A DNA stretch of 64,000 nt from a virus. Taxonomy: Duplodnaviria; Caudoviricetes. The stretch's first letter is position 1. Every line of letters starts with the position of its first letter. Below, in pieces: positions 31,169 through 41,210 of this stretch. The position numbers and the translations under genes are program-made. The stretch is taken from IMG/VR virus record IMGVR_UViG_3300032292_000618, positions 32,001 to 96,000 of that record; one strand, written 5' to 3'. The notes under the pieces are model-generated. The model saw nothing but the letters and a program-made list of their open reading frames with translations, was not told the DNA's origin and made no database searches.

Positions 31169-31575
31169 CAAATAAAGTTAATTTTAATAAGTATCAAGAG
31201 TTTGTAGATGTTGTAACTTCAGATGCATCTAGAGACTTTGTTGCTTTCTCAGATCGTATTGTTGAACTGGATCGCAAAGGTGCTAATATCGAAAGACTTC
31301 TCACTGCTGGTGTTGGTATTAATGCTGAGGGTGGTGAGTTCCTTGAGATTGTTAAGAAGATGATCTTCCAAGGTAAACCCTGGAATGAAGATAACAAAGA
31401 TCACCTCATCACTGAACTTGGGGATATGATGTGGTATGTTATGCAAGCATGTATTGCACTGGAAACTCCTATTGATCAAGTGATTGCAAGGAATGTAGAG
31501 AAACTTGAAAAGCGTTATCCTGGTGGTGCTTTTGATGTATTCTATTCTGAAAATCGTTCTGAAGACGATAGATAA
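31165..31575 (+). CDS. mazG: MazG-like nucleotide pyrophosphohydrolase
   Basis: AEGGEFLEIVKK, ELGD, NVEKLEKRYP. Confidence 0.92.
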   Translation: MTNKVNFNKYQEFVDVVTSDASRDFVAFSDRIVELDRKGANIERLLTAGVGINAEGGEFLEIVKKMIFQGKPWNEDNKDHLITELGDMMWYVMQACIALETPIDQVIARNVEKLEKRYPGGAFDVFYSENRSEDDR

Positions 31576-31593
31576 TATTAAACTGAGGAATCA

Positions 31594-32871
31594 ATGGCAA
31601 CAGAAACAGATCAATTTGAAGCAGCTTCTATTGTTGTTTTTTATCATGCTATAGAAAAAGGTGCTGATCTAACTCCTAACCAAGATTTAAATCTTTATAA
31701 TGATTTGAAAAGTGAGTTTCCAAATATGGACTCAGAATGGTATCTTGGTTTGTTAAAGCAAGCTAAAGCATTACTTAAATATCTTGGACATTCAGAAGGA
31801 ACTAAAGATACTTCTTGGAATTATGCAAGGTATGGTGGTTCTACTAAAACTCTGCCTGCAACAAAAACAACAGATATCTATGATTATATCTGGTCTAGTT
31901 TTAACAGACAACAGCAGCAATTATTTACTAGTAAGAAAGATAGTTGGAATACTACTGATGTTTACATGGTAAAAACATCAGAAAATCAATCTATAAAAAG
32001 TATGATAGATTTGTTGAAGTCTGAATTTTCAGATGGGGCAACAGCACCAGAAATTTTTGTTGGGACTGTAAATGCTTATCTAAGTAAACTTTTGAAAGAA
32101 AAAAAATTACTTGGAATTTCTCTTAAAAAACCTACTAAGTCTGAACCAGAATCTCATGTTTATGAAACCAACTTAGATGTTGGTCCTGATGGAATAGAAG
32201 TTCATGAAGGAGATATTATTGGAGATATGGTTACATACATGGAAATTAAAAAAAGAGGAGGTGAAGATGATTTTGCAGGTAATTCTTTAACATTTGAAGC
32301 TCAGTTTAAAGCAGGAAAATATATTAAAAGATATTTTTGGGAAAGTAAGGTTTCTAGTGCTGCTGCTCATGCAACTGAACCTAGGGACAGAGTTCCTAAT
32401 AACAAAGGCAAGCATGTAAATGCAACTGCTAGAAATGGAGCAATTCCTGCTCCAAAGATGGCAGAATTAGTTAAAAAATATACAGGGGAAGAAATTAATC
32501 ATAATATTCCTTTAACTAGTAAGTTTAATAAAGTTCAATTAGAATATTGGCAAAAATACTTCGCAGATATAATTTCAGACAGAACTATTTCTAAAGATTT
32601 TGGAACAATAAAATATATGGGTAAAGTTGCAACCCCAGAAGACTTTATTCAAAAAGCATTTTTGTTAGATGATCAATCTTCAAATCCATCTGGAAAAAAC
32701 TTTGCAGTTAAACTTAGAAGTAAACTTAGAATTCTAAGATATATTAAAATGTTTATTGAAGCAAAAAGTCAAGGAAAGTTAGCAGAACTTATTACTCATG
32801 CTTACTTCCTATCATCAAAAATGAACATTAGTCAAGCTGACCTGTCTGGACCCTTTATCAAAGTCCAATAA
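31594..32871 (+). CDS. Putative PD-(D/E)xK-like nuclease
   Basis: N-terminal E, WNTTDVY and LLGISLKK motifs; next to a DNA methylase. Confidence 0.5.
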   Translation: MATETDQFEAASIVVFYHAIEKGADLTPNQDLNLYNDLKSEFPNMDSEWYLGLLKQAKALLKYLGHSEGTKDTSWNYARYGGSTKTLPATKTTDIYDYIWSSFNRQQQQLFTSKKDSWNTTDVYMVKTSENQSIKSMIDLLKSEFSDGATAPEIFVGTVNAYLSKLLKEKKLLGISLKKPTKSEPESHVYETNLDVGPDGIEVHEGDIIGDMVTYMEIKKRGGEDDFAGNSLTFEAQFKAGKYIKRYFWESKVSSAAAHATEPRDRVPNNKGKHVNATARNGAIPAPKMAELVKKYTGEEINHNIPLTSKFNKVQLEYWQKYFADIISDRTISKDFGTIKYMGKVATPEDFIQKAFLLDDQSSNPSGKNFAVKLRSKLRILRYIKMFIEAKSQGKLAELITHAYFLSSKMNISQADLSGPFIKVQ

Positions 32872-32902
32872 TGTGCTACACTGGTAAAATACTGGAGACC
32901 CT

Positions 32903-33673
32903 ATGATTGATCTGAGAACTGGAGACTGCATTGAGTTAGCAAAACAACTTGATGATAACTCTATTGATTGTACTGTAACTTCACCACCATATAACAAACA
33001 AAAGATTGGTGGTGGATTGTTTCGTAAAATTGAATATGATAAGTTTGATGATTCTCTCCCAGAAGATGTTTATCAAGAGCAGCAGATTGAACTTCTGAAT
33101 GTTCTCTTTGATAAAACTAAAGAAGGTGGATCATTGTTCTATAATCATAAAGTCAGATACCTTGAAGGTAATGCTACTTCTCCTTGGGCATGGTTGCCTA
33201 AAACTAAGTGGCACATCAGGGAAGAGATTATCTGGAACAGAGGTAGTGGTCCAGAGATTTCTGGATATAGATTTACTCAGATTGATGAAAGAATCTATTG
33301 GTTGTGTAAAGGTGCTAAGCGTCCCAAACTTCCTAGGAGATCTGTAAACTATGGAAGTGTTTGGAAGTTTGGTCCTGAGATGAAGAATCCTCATCCTGCA
33401 CCATTCCCCATTGTCCTTCCCCTTAGGTGTATTCAAGGTGTTATGCAAGAACCTGGAGTAGTTCTTGATCCTTATAGTGGTTCAGGTACAACTGGTCTTG
33501 CTGCTACTCTTCTTGGTCATGACTATATTGGATTTGATCTTTCTGATGATTACCATACCATGGCAAGAGAAAGAATTGGTAATCCTTCTAGAAGAGATCT
33601 TGAAAGATTTACTGAAGAATGTGCAATTGAGGTAAATAATGAAAGGGGTCTTTTTAGTTTGTTGGAATCTTAA
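32903..33673 (+). CDS. Beta-class N4-cytosine/N6-adenine DNA methyltransferase
   Basis: TSPPY (motif IV) before HPAPFP and DPYSGSGTT (motif I). Confidence 0.9.
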   Translation: MIDLRTGDCIELAKQLDDNSIDCTVTSPPYNKQKIGGGLFRKIEYDKFDDSLPEDVYQEQQIELLNVLFDKTKEGGSLFYNHKVRYLEGNATSPWAWLPKTKWHIREEIIWNRGSGPEISGYRFTQIDERIYWLCKGAKRPKLPRRSVNYGSVWKFGPEMKNPHPAPFPIVLPLRCIQGVMQEPGVVLDPYSGSGTTGLAATLLGHDYIGFDLSDDYHTMARERIGNPSRRDLERFTEECAIEVNNERGLFSLLES

Positions 33674-33897
33674 TGGAAGAATTTTTTAAAGAATTAGTCC
33701 AAATTTATAAAACTAAAGTAAGGATTAAGCAACTAAAGAGAAAAACTATTGAGAATTTTTCTAGATTTTATATTAGTTTTGTGTCCCAAAATAATGATCC
33801 AAAAGAAAAGAAAGATAAATACTTACAATTGAAAAACTTAGGATTAAGGTATATTCTTGACAATCAAGATTTGATATACTCAGAAATTAGTAAATGA
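33673..33897 (+). CDS. Hypothetical protein
   Basis: 74 aa, overlaps both neighbours. Confidence 0.5.
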   Translation: MEEFFKELVQIYKTKVRIKQLKRKTIENFSRFYISFVSQNNDPKEKKDKYLQLKNLGLRYILDNQDLIYSEISK

Positions 33898-35006
33898 AAA
33901 GATTCTTAGAGTTTATAACAGAAGCAAGAACATCCCAAGCTGCACAGCAAGCAAAAAAACTTGGGTTATCTGGGGATGGTCACGGGTTTTGGGTTGATAA
34001 GGAAGGTGTCAAAAAGGCAAGAACATTAAAAGGAAAATTAGAGTTTATTCAGCAGAGGAAGAAAAGTTCTGGAGGTGAAGATACATCTCAAAGACAATCT
34101 CCTACAACTTCCACATCTAAAAAATTACCAAAAGCAAAACCCGCTCCAAAGAGATTGGGTGCTAAGGCAACTCAATCACCATCAGAAAGAAGCAGAAGAC
34201 CTCAAGAATCAGGAGCAAAAGCATCAGGATCTCAGCAACAACCAAAAGGTCCTAGTGGAGATACAGTAACCATAGCATTTGGAAAATTTAATCCTCCAAC
34301 TAAGGCTCATAAAAATCTTTTAAATGCATTAAAGCAATCTGCATCTGGAGGAAACTTTTATATTTTCCCATCTAGAACTCAAGATGGGAAAAAGAATCCT
34401 TTATCTGCAGATGTAAAAATTGATTTTATGAAGGCAATGTTCCCTGAGTATGCAGATAAAATTATTGATAGTGAAGAGTTTAAAACTATTTTTGATGTTC
34501 TTTCATTCTTAAATCAAGAAGGATATACTTCAGTAAACATAGTATGTGGATCAGAAAGATGTTCTGAAATTGATAATCTTGCCAAAAAACACAATGGTCA
34601 ATTATATCAATTCAAATCAATTAATATAGTTTCTTCTGGTCCAAAAGATCCTGATGCAGAAGAAAACTCTTCTGTAGCAAGAAAATCAGCAGCATCTGGT
34701 GATTTTGAAACATTCAAAAAATCTATGCCTGCTGGGGTTCAACCAAAATTAATTAAACAATTATTTTCAGAACTTGGTGGATCTTTAGAAGTAAAAGAGA
34801 CATGGCAAATATCTCCAGATTTAGACTCTAAAGGATTGAGAGAAAATTATGTTTTTGGAAACTTATTTAAAGTTGGCGATACTGTTGAAAGTTGTAATAC
34901 AGGACTAAGGGGAGAAATAATTAGATCTGGGGCAAATCATTTAATATGTGTTACTGAAGATGGTATCATGTTTAAATCCTGGATTAAAGATGTTACTTTA
35001 GTATAA
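33894..35006 (+). CDS. Cytidyltransferase/NMNAT-like (HxGH-type) nucleotidyltransferase-fold protein
   Basis: FGKFNPPTKAH, KNPL, VCGSER, SS.AR; C-terminal SH3-like tail. Confidence 0.75.
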   Translation: MKRFLEFITEARTSQAAQQAKKLGLSGDGHGFWVDKEGVKKARTLKGKLEFIQQRKKSSGGEDTSQRQSPTTSTSKKLPKAKPAPKRLGAKATQSPSERSRRPQESGAKASGSQQQPKGPSGDTVTIAFGKFNPPTKAHKNLLNALKQSASGGNFYIFPSRTQDGKKNPLSADVKIDFMKAMFPEYADKIIDSEEFKTIFDVLSFLNQEGYTSVNIVCGSERCSEIDNLAKKHNGQLYQFKSINIVSSGPKDPDAEENSSVARKSAASGDFETFKKSMPAGVQPKLIKQLFSELGGSLEVKETWQISPDLDSKGLRENYVFGNLFKVGDTVESCNTGLRGEIIRSGANHLICVTEDGIMFKSWIKDVTLV

Positions 35007-35034
35007 ATAAAAAAAGAACTAGTTAATTACTTAA

Positions 35035-35985
35035 ATGTCTAATATTTGGGCGGATACTTTCTCTGTAATTAGAGAGCCTCATTTTTCAGAAGAAAAGAAA
35101 GAGAAAGAAGAAAAAGGCGAGAAAAAGCATAAAGAAGATCCTACTGAAGAAAAAGCAGAGGACAAAAAAGGTGAGAAGAAAACTGAAGATGACAAACCAA
35201 AGAAGTGGTGGGATGATGATGGTGATGGTAAAGGATATGAGAAGGGAGAAGTAGAAGGAAGTTTTAAAAAGAAAGTAAAGAAAGAAGAAAGAGATCTTCA
35301 TAGTAAGAATGATAAGAATGATAAGATTGATGTGAGAAAGGGAATTAAAAATAAGATTAATACCAAACCAACAGTATCTGAAGAACTAGAAGCATGGATT
35401 GGAGAACTTCTTGATGAAGGATATGACCTGTCTTCTTTCACTTTAGAAGAAGTCGCTAAAATCTATGATTCAGTTCAACTTGATGAGGCAGATACCTATG
35501 GGATGCCTCCCAGGGGTGATGCTGAAAGACAAAAGGCAGATCCAATGTCAGCAGCAAAATCAAAGGCTGCTAGAGCAAAAGTTGCTAAGGAAAGAGCAGA
35601 CCTTCAAGTTGCACAACAATCCCAAAGATTGAAAGTATCTGCAACTGAATCTGTTCTTTCTTATGTTGCTGGAAGAACTCCACTTTTTGAAGGAGTATTT
35701 GATCCTAAAAAAAGCAAACTGAAACCAGCATCAGAGAGAACTAAAACTGCAATGACTGATGCTCAGAGAAAAGCAGCAAAGAAAGAAGCAGAAAGAACTT
35801 CTGAAATTCATAGCAAAGGTGAAACACTTCTTGTTGGATTAACATCTTCTGGTAAGAAAGGAAGAGTTCAAACAACTCCTGCTTCTAAAGCAGCAGCACC
35901 AGCAGCAAATAGACAAGTGAAAGGTAAGTATGATAAGCTTGGAAAAGCTGCAGATGCTGTTCTGAAGAATCTTAAGGATAAATAA
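35035..35985 (+). CDS. Highly charged late protein, probable internal head protein
   Basis: Late promoter at 35002; K/E-rich modules; KWWDDDGDG. Confidence 0.6.
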   Translation: MSNIWADTFSVIREPHFSEEKKEKEEKGEKKHKEDPTEEKAEDKKGEKKTEDDKPKKWWDDDGDGKGYEKGEVEGSFKKKVKKEERDLHSKNDKNDKIDVRKGIKNKINTKPTVSEELEAWIGELLDEGYDLSSFTLEEVAKIYDSVQLDEADTYGMPPRGDAERQKADPMSAAKSKAARAKVAKERADLQVAQQSQRLKVSATESVLSYVAGRTPLFEGVFDPKKSKLKPASERTKTAMTDAQRKAAKKEAERTSEIHSKGETLLVGLTSSGKKGRVQTTPASKAAAPAANRQVKGKYDKLGKAADAVLKNLKDK

Positions 35986-36011
35986 GATAGGATCCTTCAC
36001 ACGAGGTTATT

Positions 36012-36197
36012 ATGTCACTAGCAGCAATTTTAGCTTGGGCATCTGCTAATCAAGCACTTATAGCAACTGTATTATTTGCACTTTCTGAAACACTTGGAGC
36101 AGTTCCAAAAATCAAAGCAAACGGTCTTATTTCACTCATCCTTGTACAAATTCAAGGACAATTGAAATCAAAAGGTGCTCAAGATTTAACTCCCTGA
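36012..36197 (+). CDS. Small hydrophobic membrane protein
   Basis: 61 aa, GAGG SD, hydrophobic helices. Confidence 0.6.
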   Translation: MSLAAILAWASANQALIATVLFALSETLGAVPKIKANGLISLILVQIQGQLKSKGAQDLTP

Positions 36198-36224
36198 GTA
36201 ACTGACTAAAATATCCAATTCATT

Positions 36225-36250
36225 GGGGGAATTCATATTCCCCCTTTTTT
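36225..36250 (+). terminator. Terminator
   Basis: GGGGGAA-TTCATA-TTCCCCC followed by a T run. Confidence 0.75.
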
Positions 36251-36291
36251 ATAAATAACTTAAGAAAGAAATCTTATTCAAGGAAAGTCAC

Positions 36292-36879
36292 ATGGCTCTT
36301 TGGGGAAAAGCAGATAGTATTTTTTCAGCTGGGACAATCACTGTCAATCTTACTGCAAAAACTATCACAGGATCTGGAACTTCATTCACTGCAGTTGGAG
36401 TTGAAACTGGTGTAGTAATTAATATTGGGGTTGGTGGCACTTTTGGTTCAGCTGTAATCTCAAAAATTACATCAGAAACTTTAGTCTCTATTGCAACAAC
36501 TCAGTACATCACTGGAATAGGCACTGAAGGTGCTGGAGCAACTGTTGGGGTTGCTTACACTATGTCAAGAAAACCAATCTATATTCTTGGTGATACCAAT
36601 TATTCTGGTATTCAAACTACTTCAACTAAATTGACTAATACAATTTATGGAGTAGATGTTTTAGAAGTTGGATATGGGGCAACTGCAACAGTTAAAGGAA
36701 AAGTTGGTGCATATAAAGTAGCACATGCTGGTTGGGTTGGAGTTCATACTTATGTTGATATGCATGGTAATTTTAGAGTTAAGTCAGAAACTCTAGTTGC
36801 AATGTCTGGTATTTCCAGTGGAACAACTACTGCATTTGCAACTGGTGATGCTAATGATGATGATGTATTTCTCCCATGA
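36292..36879 (+). CDS. Probable virion structural protein
   Basis: MALWG start, HAGWV, RVKSETLVAM; late promoter at 36250. Confidence 0.7.
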   Translation: MALWGKADSIFSAGTITVNLTAKTITGSGTSFTAVGVETGVVINIGVGGTFGSAVISKITSETLVSIATTQYITGIGTEGAGATVGVAYTMSRKPIYILGDTNYSGIQTTSTKLTNTIYGVDVLEVGYGATATVKGKVGAYKVAHAGWVGVHTYVDMHGNFRVKSETLVAMSGISSGTTTAFATGDANDDDVFLP

Positions 36880-36885
36880 TAACAT

Positions 36886-37257
36886 ATGAAGTTTGATGAA
36901 TTGAATGAAGATAATTATATTTTATTTGCTATAAAATATTACGACAATCCTCAAGCAGTGACTCAAGAAGATTTTTTTGAGGATTTAAGTAGGTTTAAAT
37001 ATATTAAAAAACTTCTAAGAAAGTACGTTAAATCAGGAGATTTAAAAGTAAGTCTCCTGATTAATCACTTTATTATTGTTTTTAATATTTTTAATGAGGC
37101 TGCAGTTCCTTTACTATTTTTTAAAATAGAAAAAGAACTATGGTCTTCTATGAAAACTTTTTTGGTGTTTCTTGATAGAGTTCCAGAATTTCCACAAACA
37201 TTTGTTAATGAAATACCAATAGATGAAAATTGTTTAAAAATATTGCAATCTCTCTAA
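36886..37257 (+). CDS. Conserved T4-like hypothetical protein
   Basis: FAIKYYDNP, FKYIKKL, LLINH. Confidence 0.75.
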   Translation: MKFDELNEDNYILFAIKYYDNPQAVTQEDFFEDLSRFKYIKKLLRKYVKSGDLKVSLLINHFIIVFNIFNEAAVPLLFFKIEKELWSSMKTFLVFLDRVPEFPQTFVNEIPIDENCLKILQSL

Positions 37258-37258
37258 T

Positions 37259-37438
37259 ATGGATGCTTCTAAGTTAAATCTTATAATAAATATTATTAGA
37301 ACAAACATTATCGAAGACATGAGCGCTACTGGTGGGGGTTTAGCTGGATTACCTCCAGAAGAACCACCTGTAGATCTGAGAAAAACAAAGTTCAAAAAGT
37401 TGCCCTATTTTTTCAGACAACTTCTGAGGAAGAAGTAG
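37259..37438 (+). CDS. Small hypothetical protein (59 aa; missing from the ORF track)
   Basis: MDASKLNLIINIIRTNIIEDMSATGGGLAGLPPEEPPVDLRK... Confidence 0.55.
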   Translation: MDASKLNLIINIIRTNIIEDMSATGGGLAGLPPEEPPVDLRKTKFKKLPYFFRQLLRKK

Positions 37439-37439
37439 C

Positions 37440-37880
37440 ATGTTTAACAGATCTACAGAAACAAAAATTGCAGTTCTTGAAGAACGTCTTACATCCTATG
37501 AGGTAATGATGAAGAAGATTGACGAAGCCATTCAGATAATGGGAACTACAAGTCAAAACATCTCAAAGATGTTGGCAGTTCATGAAGAAAAGTTAGAAAA
37601 TAATAGTAAAAATGATGAATTACTTATTGACAGAATTAAGACTATAGAAGTAAAAAATACAGAAGAACATAGTAGAGTGATTGAAAGGTTTGAATCATTA
37701 GAAAAAAAGATAGATGGACGTATAGAGACAGTAGATAAAAAAGTTGATGATGTAACAAAATTTCGTTGGTTAGTTGTAGGTGCTTTAGTAATAGTTTCTT
37801 TTGTATTTTCTCAGTCAAGTATGGTTGTGGATATCTTGACACCAGATCCAAGACAGGTTAAGATAGAAGCATCAAAGTAA
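37440..37880 (+). CDS. Coiled-coil protein with C-terminal transmembrane helix
   Basis: KIAVLEE, LAVHEEKL, KFRWLVVGALVIVSFVF. Confidence 0.7.
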   Translation: MFNRSTETKIAVLEERLTSYEVMMKKIDEAIQIMGTTSQNISKMLAVHEEKLENNSKNDELLIDRIKTIEVKNTEEHSRVIERFESLEKKIDGRIETVDKKVDDVTKFRWLVVGALVIVSFVFSQSSMVVDILTPDPRQVKIEASK

Positions 37881-37890
37881 TTTTTACATA

Positions 37891-38916
37891 ATGAATTTAA
37901 TTGATTCCAAGTATATTGGATTAATTTCTGCACGATTGAATAAATTTAAAAAAGTAAAAAATAATCTTTATAACTTTAGATGTCCATATTGTGGGGACTC
38001 TGAAAAATATAAAAATAAAGCAAGGGGATATATTTACCAATATAAAAATGATCATAACTACAAATGTCATAATTGTGGCATCTCTAGATCATTCACTAAT
38101 TTTTTGAAGGACATTGATTGCGTTCTTCATGACCAGTATGTGATGGAAAGATATAAGAATGGTTTAACTGGTAAAGGATCTAATACTGCAGATCCTGACT
38201 TCAATTTTCAGAAACCAAACTTTTTCAAGAATCCTGAAAATTCCCAAACTCTGAAAATTGTAGACTTGCCAACAGTGGCAGAACTAAATAAAGAACATCT
38301 GGCAAAGCAGTATGTAGAAAATAGGAAAATTCCAAAAAAGTTTCACAATCAATTATATTACTGTGAAAAATTTAAAGAGTGGACTAATACTCAAAAGTTT
38401 ACTTTTGAATCTACTAGTCAAGATGAACCAAGAATCATAATTCCACTTATTAACAAAGGAAATTTTTTTGGGTTTCAAGGTCGTAGTTTAGATCCAAAAT
38501 CAAAAGTAAAGTACATTACAATTATTCTAGAAGAGCATCATCCAAAAATATATGGACTTGATAGAGTTGATTGGGACAAAACTGTTTATATAACAGAGGG
38601 TCCATTTGATAGTATGTTCTTAGACAATGCTATTGCTATGGTTGGTGCTGATATTGATAGAATGTTTTTTGTCACAAATTTTGAAACTAATTTTGTCATG
38701 GTTTATGATAATGAAAAAAGAAATAAACAGATTGTAGATAGAGTACAAAAGGCAATTGATTTACATTTTCCTGTAGTCATTTGGCCACAAGATTTGAAGG
38801 AAAAGGATATTAATGATATGGTGTTGTCTGGACACAATGTAAATAATCTGCTAGAATCTAATACTTATTCTGGTCTAGAAGCAAAAACAAAACTTATTAA
38901 TTGGAAACGAGTATGA
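37891..38916 (+). CDS. gp61: DNA primase (gp61)
   Basis: RCPYCGDS, KCHNC zinc finger, TEGPFDS TOPRIM, KDINDM. Confidence 0.96.
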   Translation: MNLIDSKYIGLISARLNKFKKVKNNLYNFRCPYCGDSEKYKNKARGYIYQYKNDHNYKCHNCGISRSFTNFLKDIDCVLHDQYVMERYKNGLTGKGSNTADPDFNFQKPNFFKNPENSQTLKIVDLPTVAELNKEHLAKQYVENRKIPKKFHNQLYYCEKFKEWTNTQKFTFESTSQDEPRIIIPLINKGNFFGFQGRSLDPKSKVKYITIILEEHHPKIYGLDRVDWDKTVYITEGPFDSMFLDNAIAMVGADIDRMFFVTNFETNFVMVYDNEKRNKQIVDRVQKAIDLHFPVVIWPQDLKEKDINDMVLSGHNVNNLLESNTYSGLEAKTKLINWKRV

Positions 38917-41210
38917 GCAACGGAACAAAAGTTATTAAAAGGAATGGATCTGTTGAAAGTTTGGATCTTAACAAACTACATTTGATGGTGGATGAGGCAT
39001 GTAAAGATCTTACTGGAGTATCTGCATCCCAAGTAGAAATGCAATCTGGCATTCAATTTTATGATGGAATTACAACTGCAGAGGTTCAGGAAATTTTAAT
39101 TCGTTCAGCATCTGATCTTATTGATCTTGAAAATCCTAATTATCAATTTGTAGCAGCAAGACTTCTTTTGTTTTCTGTTAGAAAATCTCTTTATGGTAGA
39201 GTGCAAGATCATCCATCATTCGTTGATCATATTAAAAATTGTGTCAATGTAGGTGTGTATGACCCTATGATCCTGACTAACTATAGTGAGGAAGAACTTA
39301 ACAAACTTGGTCACTATATCAATCACAATCGTGATTATCTATTTACTTATGCTGGACTCAGACAAGTAGTAGATAAGTATCTTGTACAAGATAGAAGTTC
39401 TGGGAGGGTTTATGAAACTCCCCAGTTCATGTATATGATGATTGCAGCAACCATTTTTGCTCAGTACCCCAAAGAAACTAGAATCTCATATGTAAAGAGA
39501 TACTATGACTCAATCTCCAAGCACAAAATCAACATCCCAACGCCAATTATGGCAGGAGTCAGAACTCCACTTCGTCAATATGCAAGTTGCGTTCTTGTTG
39601 ATGTTGATGACACCATGCGTAGTATCGAGTCTAGTGATTCTGCAATTTTTAGGTATGTTGCTCAAAGAGCAGGAATTGGTATCAACGCAGGTCGCATCAG
39701 GGGCATCAACGCTAAAATCAGAGGCGGAGAAGTTATGCATACGGGCGTTGTCCCATTCCTCAAAAAATTTGAGGCAACTGTCAGATCTTGCACTCAAAAC
39801 GGCATCCGTGGTGGAAGTGCTACTGTCCACTTTCCCATCTGGCACAAAGAAATAGAAGATATTCTTGTTCTTAAGAACAATAAAGGTACAGAAGATAATA
39901 GAGTAAGAAAACTAGATTACTCAATTCAAATTAGTAAATTGTTCTATGAAAGATTTATCAGTAACCAAGATATCTCACTATTCAGTCCACATGACGTTCC
40001 TGAGCTTAGTGCTAATTTTGGGCTTGATGGATTTGACAATCTATATCTGGCTGCAGAACGAGATCAGTCTATTCCAAGAAAAACTATTGGTGCTCAAGAA
40101 CTCATTCTGGACCTCCTAAAGGAGAGAGCAGAAACTGGTAGAATCTACATCATGAATATTGATCATTGCAATTCTCACTCATCCTTTAAGGATAAGATTG
40201 AGATGAGCAATCTATGTCAAGAAATTACTCTTCCAACAAAACCACTAAATCATATTGATGACCCTGATGGTGAAATTGCTCTTTGCATCTTGTCTGCAGT
40301 TAATGTTGGCAAAGTCAAGGATGATGAAGAGTTTGAAGAACTTTGTGAACTGTCTGTAAGAGGACTTGAAGAACTGATTGATTATCAAGATTATCCTGTA
40401 GTTGCTGCAGAAAAATCCACCAAAGCAAGAAGGTCTCTTGGTATTGGTTATATTGGTCTGGCACATTATCTTGCCAAACTTGGTTTTAGATATGATTCCC
40501 AAGAAGCATGGGATGCAGTTCATGGATTGTCTGAGTCATTCCAATACTATCTCCTAAAAGCATCTAATAAGATTGCAAAGGAAAAGGGTGCTTGTGAATA
40601 CTTTAATAGAACTAAGTATTCTGATGGTATTCTTCCAATTGATACTTACAAAAAGGATGTAGACGAAATTACTTCAATTCCATACCAGCATGATTGGCAG
40701 ACTTTACGTGCCGAGATTCAGGCACATGGACTTAGACATAGTACATTGTCGGCACAAATGCCTTCAGAGAGCAGTTCCGTTGTGTCAAATGCAACCAATG
40801 GAATTGAACCACCTAGAGGATTCTTGTCCATTAAAAAGAGCAAGAAGGGACCCCTTAAGCAGATTGTTCCCCAGTATCAACACCTTAAGAACAATTACAC
40901 GCTTCTTTGGGATATGCCTAGCAATACTGGTTATATTAATATTGTTGCAGTTATGCAAAAATTCTTCGATCAAGCAATTTCTGGAAACTGGTCCTATAAT
41001 CCAGAAAATTACCCAGACAATGAAGTTCCTGTTAGCGTAATGGCACAAGATTTTCTAACCACTTATAAGTATGGATGGAAGACATCTTATTATCAAAATA
41101 CATATGATAATAAAACAGATGAGGTAAAGGAAGAAAATAATGTTCAAAATCTAATACTAGAACTTTTAAATTCAGAAGGAGAAGATGACTGTGAATCATG
41201 TAAAATTTAG
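38913..41210 (+). CDS. nrdA: Ribonucleotide reductase class Ia alpha subunit
   Basis: ATP cone VIKRNG, PTPIMAG, SNLCQEI, C-terminal CESCKI. Confidence 0.98.
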   Translation: MSNGTKVIKRNGSVESLDLNKLHLMVDEACKDLTGVSASQVEMQSGIQFYDGITTAEVQEILIRSASDLIDLENPNYQFVAARLLLFSVRKSLYGRVQDHPSFVDHIKNCVNVGVYDPMILTNYSEEELNKLGHYINHNRDYLFTYAGLRQVVDKYLVQDRSSGRVYETPQFMYMMIAATIFAQYPKETRISYVKRYYDSISKHKINIPTPIMAGVRTPLRQYASCVLVDVDDTMRSIESSDSAIFRYVAQRAGIGINAGRIRGINAKIRGGEVMHTGVVPFLKKFEATVRSCTQNGIRGGSATVHFPIWHKEIEDILVLKNNKGTEDNRVRKLDYSIQISKLFYERFISNQDISLFSPHDVPELSANFGLDGFDNLYLAAERDQSIPRKTIGAQELILDLLKERAETGRIYIMNIDHCNSHSSFKDKIEMSNLCQEITLPTKPLNHIDDPDGEIALCILSAVNVGKVKDDEEFEELCELSVRGLEELIDYQDYPVVAAEKSTKARRSLGIGYIGLAHYLAKLGFRYDSQEAWDAVHGLSESFQYYLLKASNKIAKEKGACEYFNRTKYSDGILPIDTYKKDVDEITSIPYQHDWQTLRAEIQAHGLRHSTLSAQMPSESSSVVSNATNGIEPPRGFLSIKKSKKGPLKQIVPQYQHLKNNYTLLWDMPSNTGYINIVAVMQKFFDQAISGNWSYNPENYPDNEVPVSVMAQDFLTTYKYGWKTSYYQNTYDNKTDEVKEENNVQNLILELLNSEGEDDCESCKI

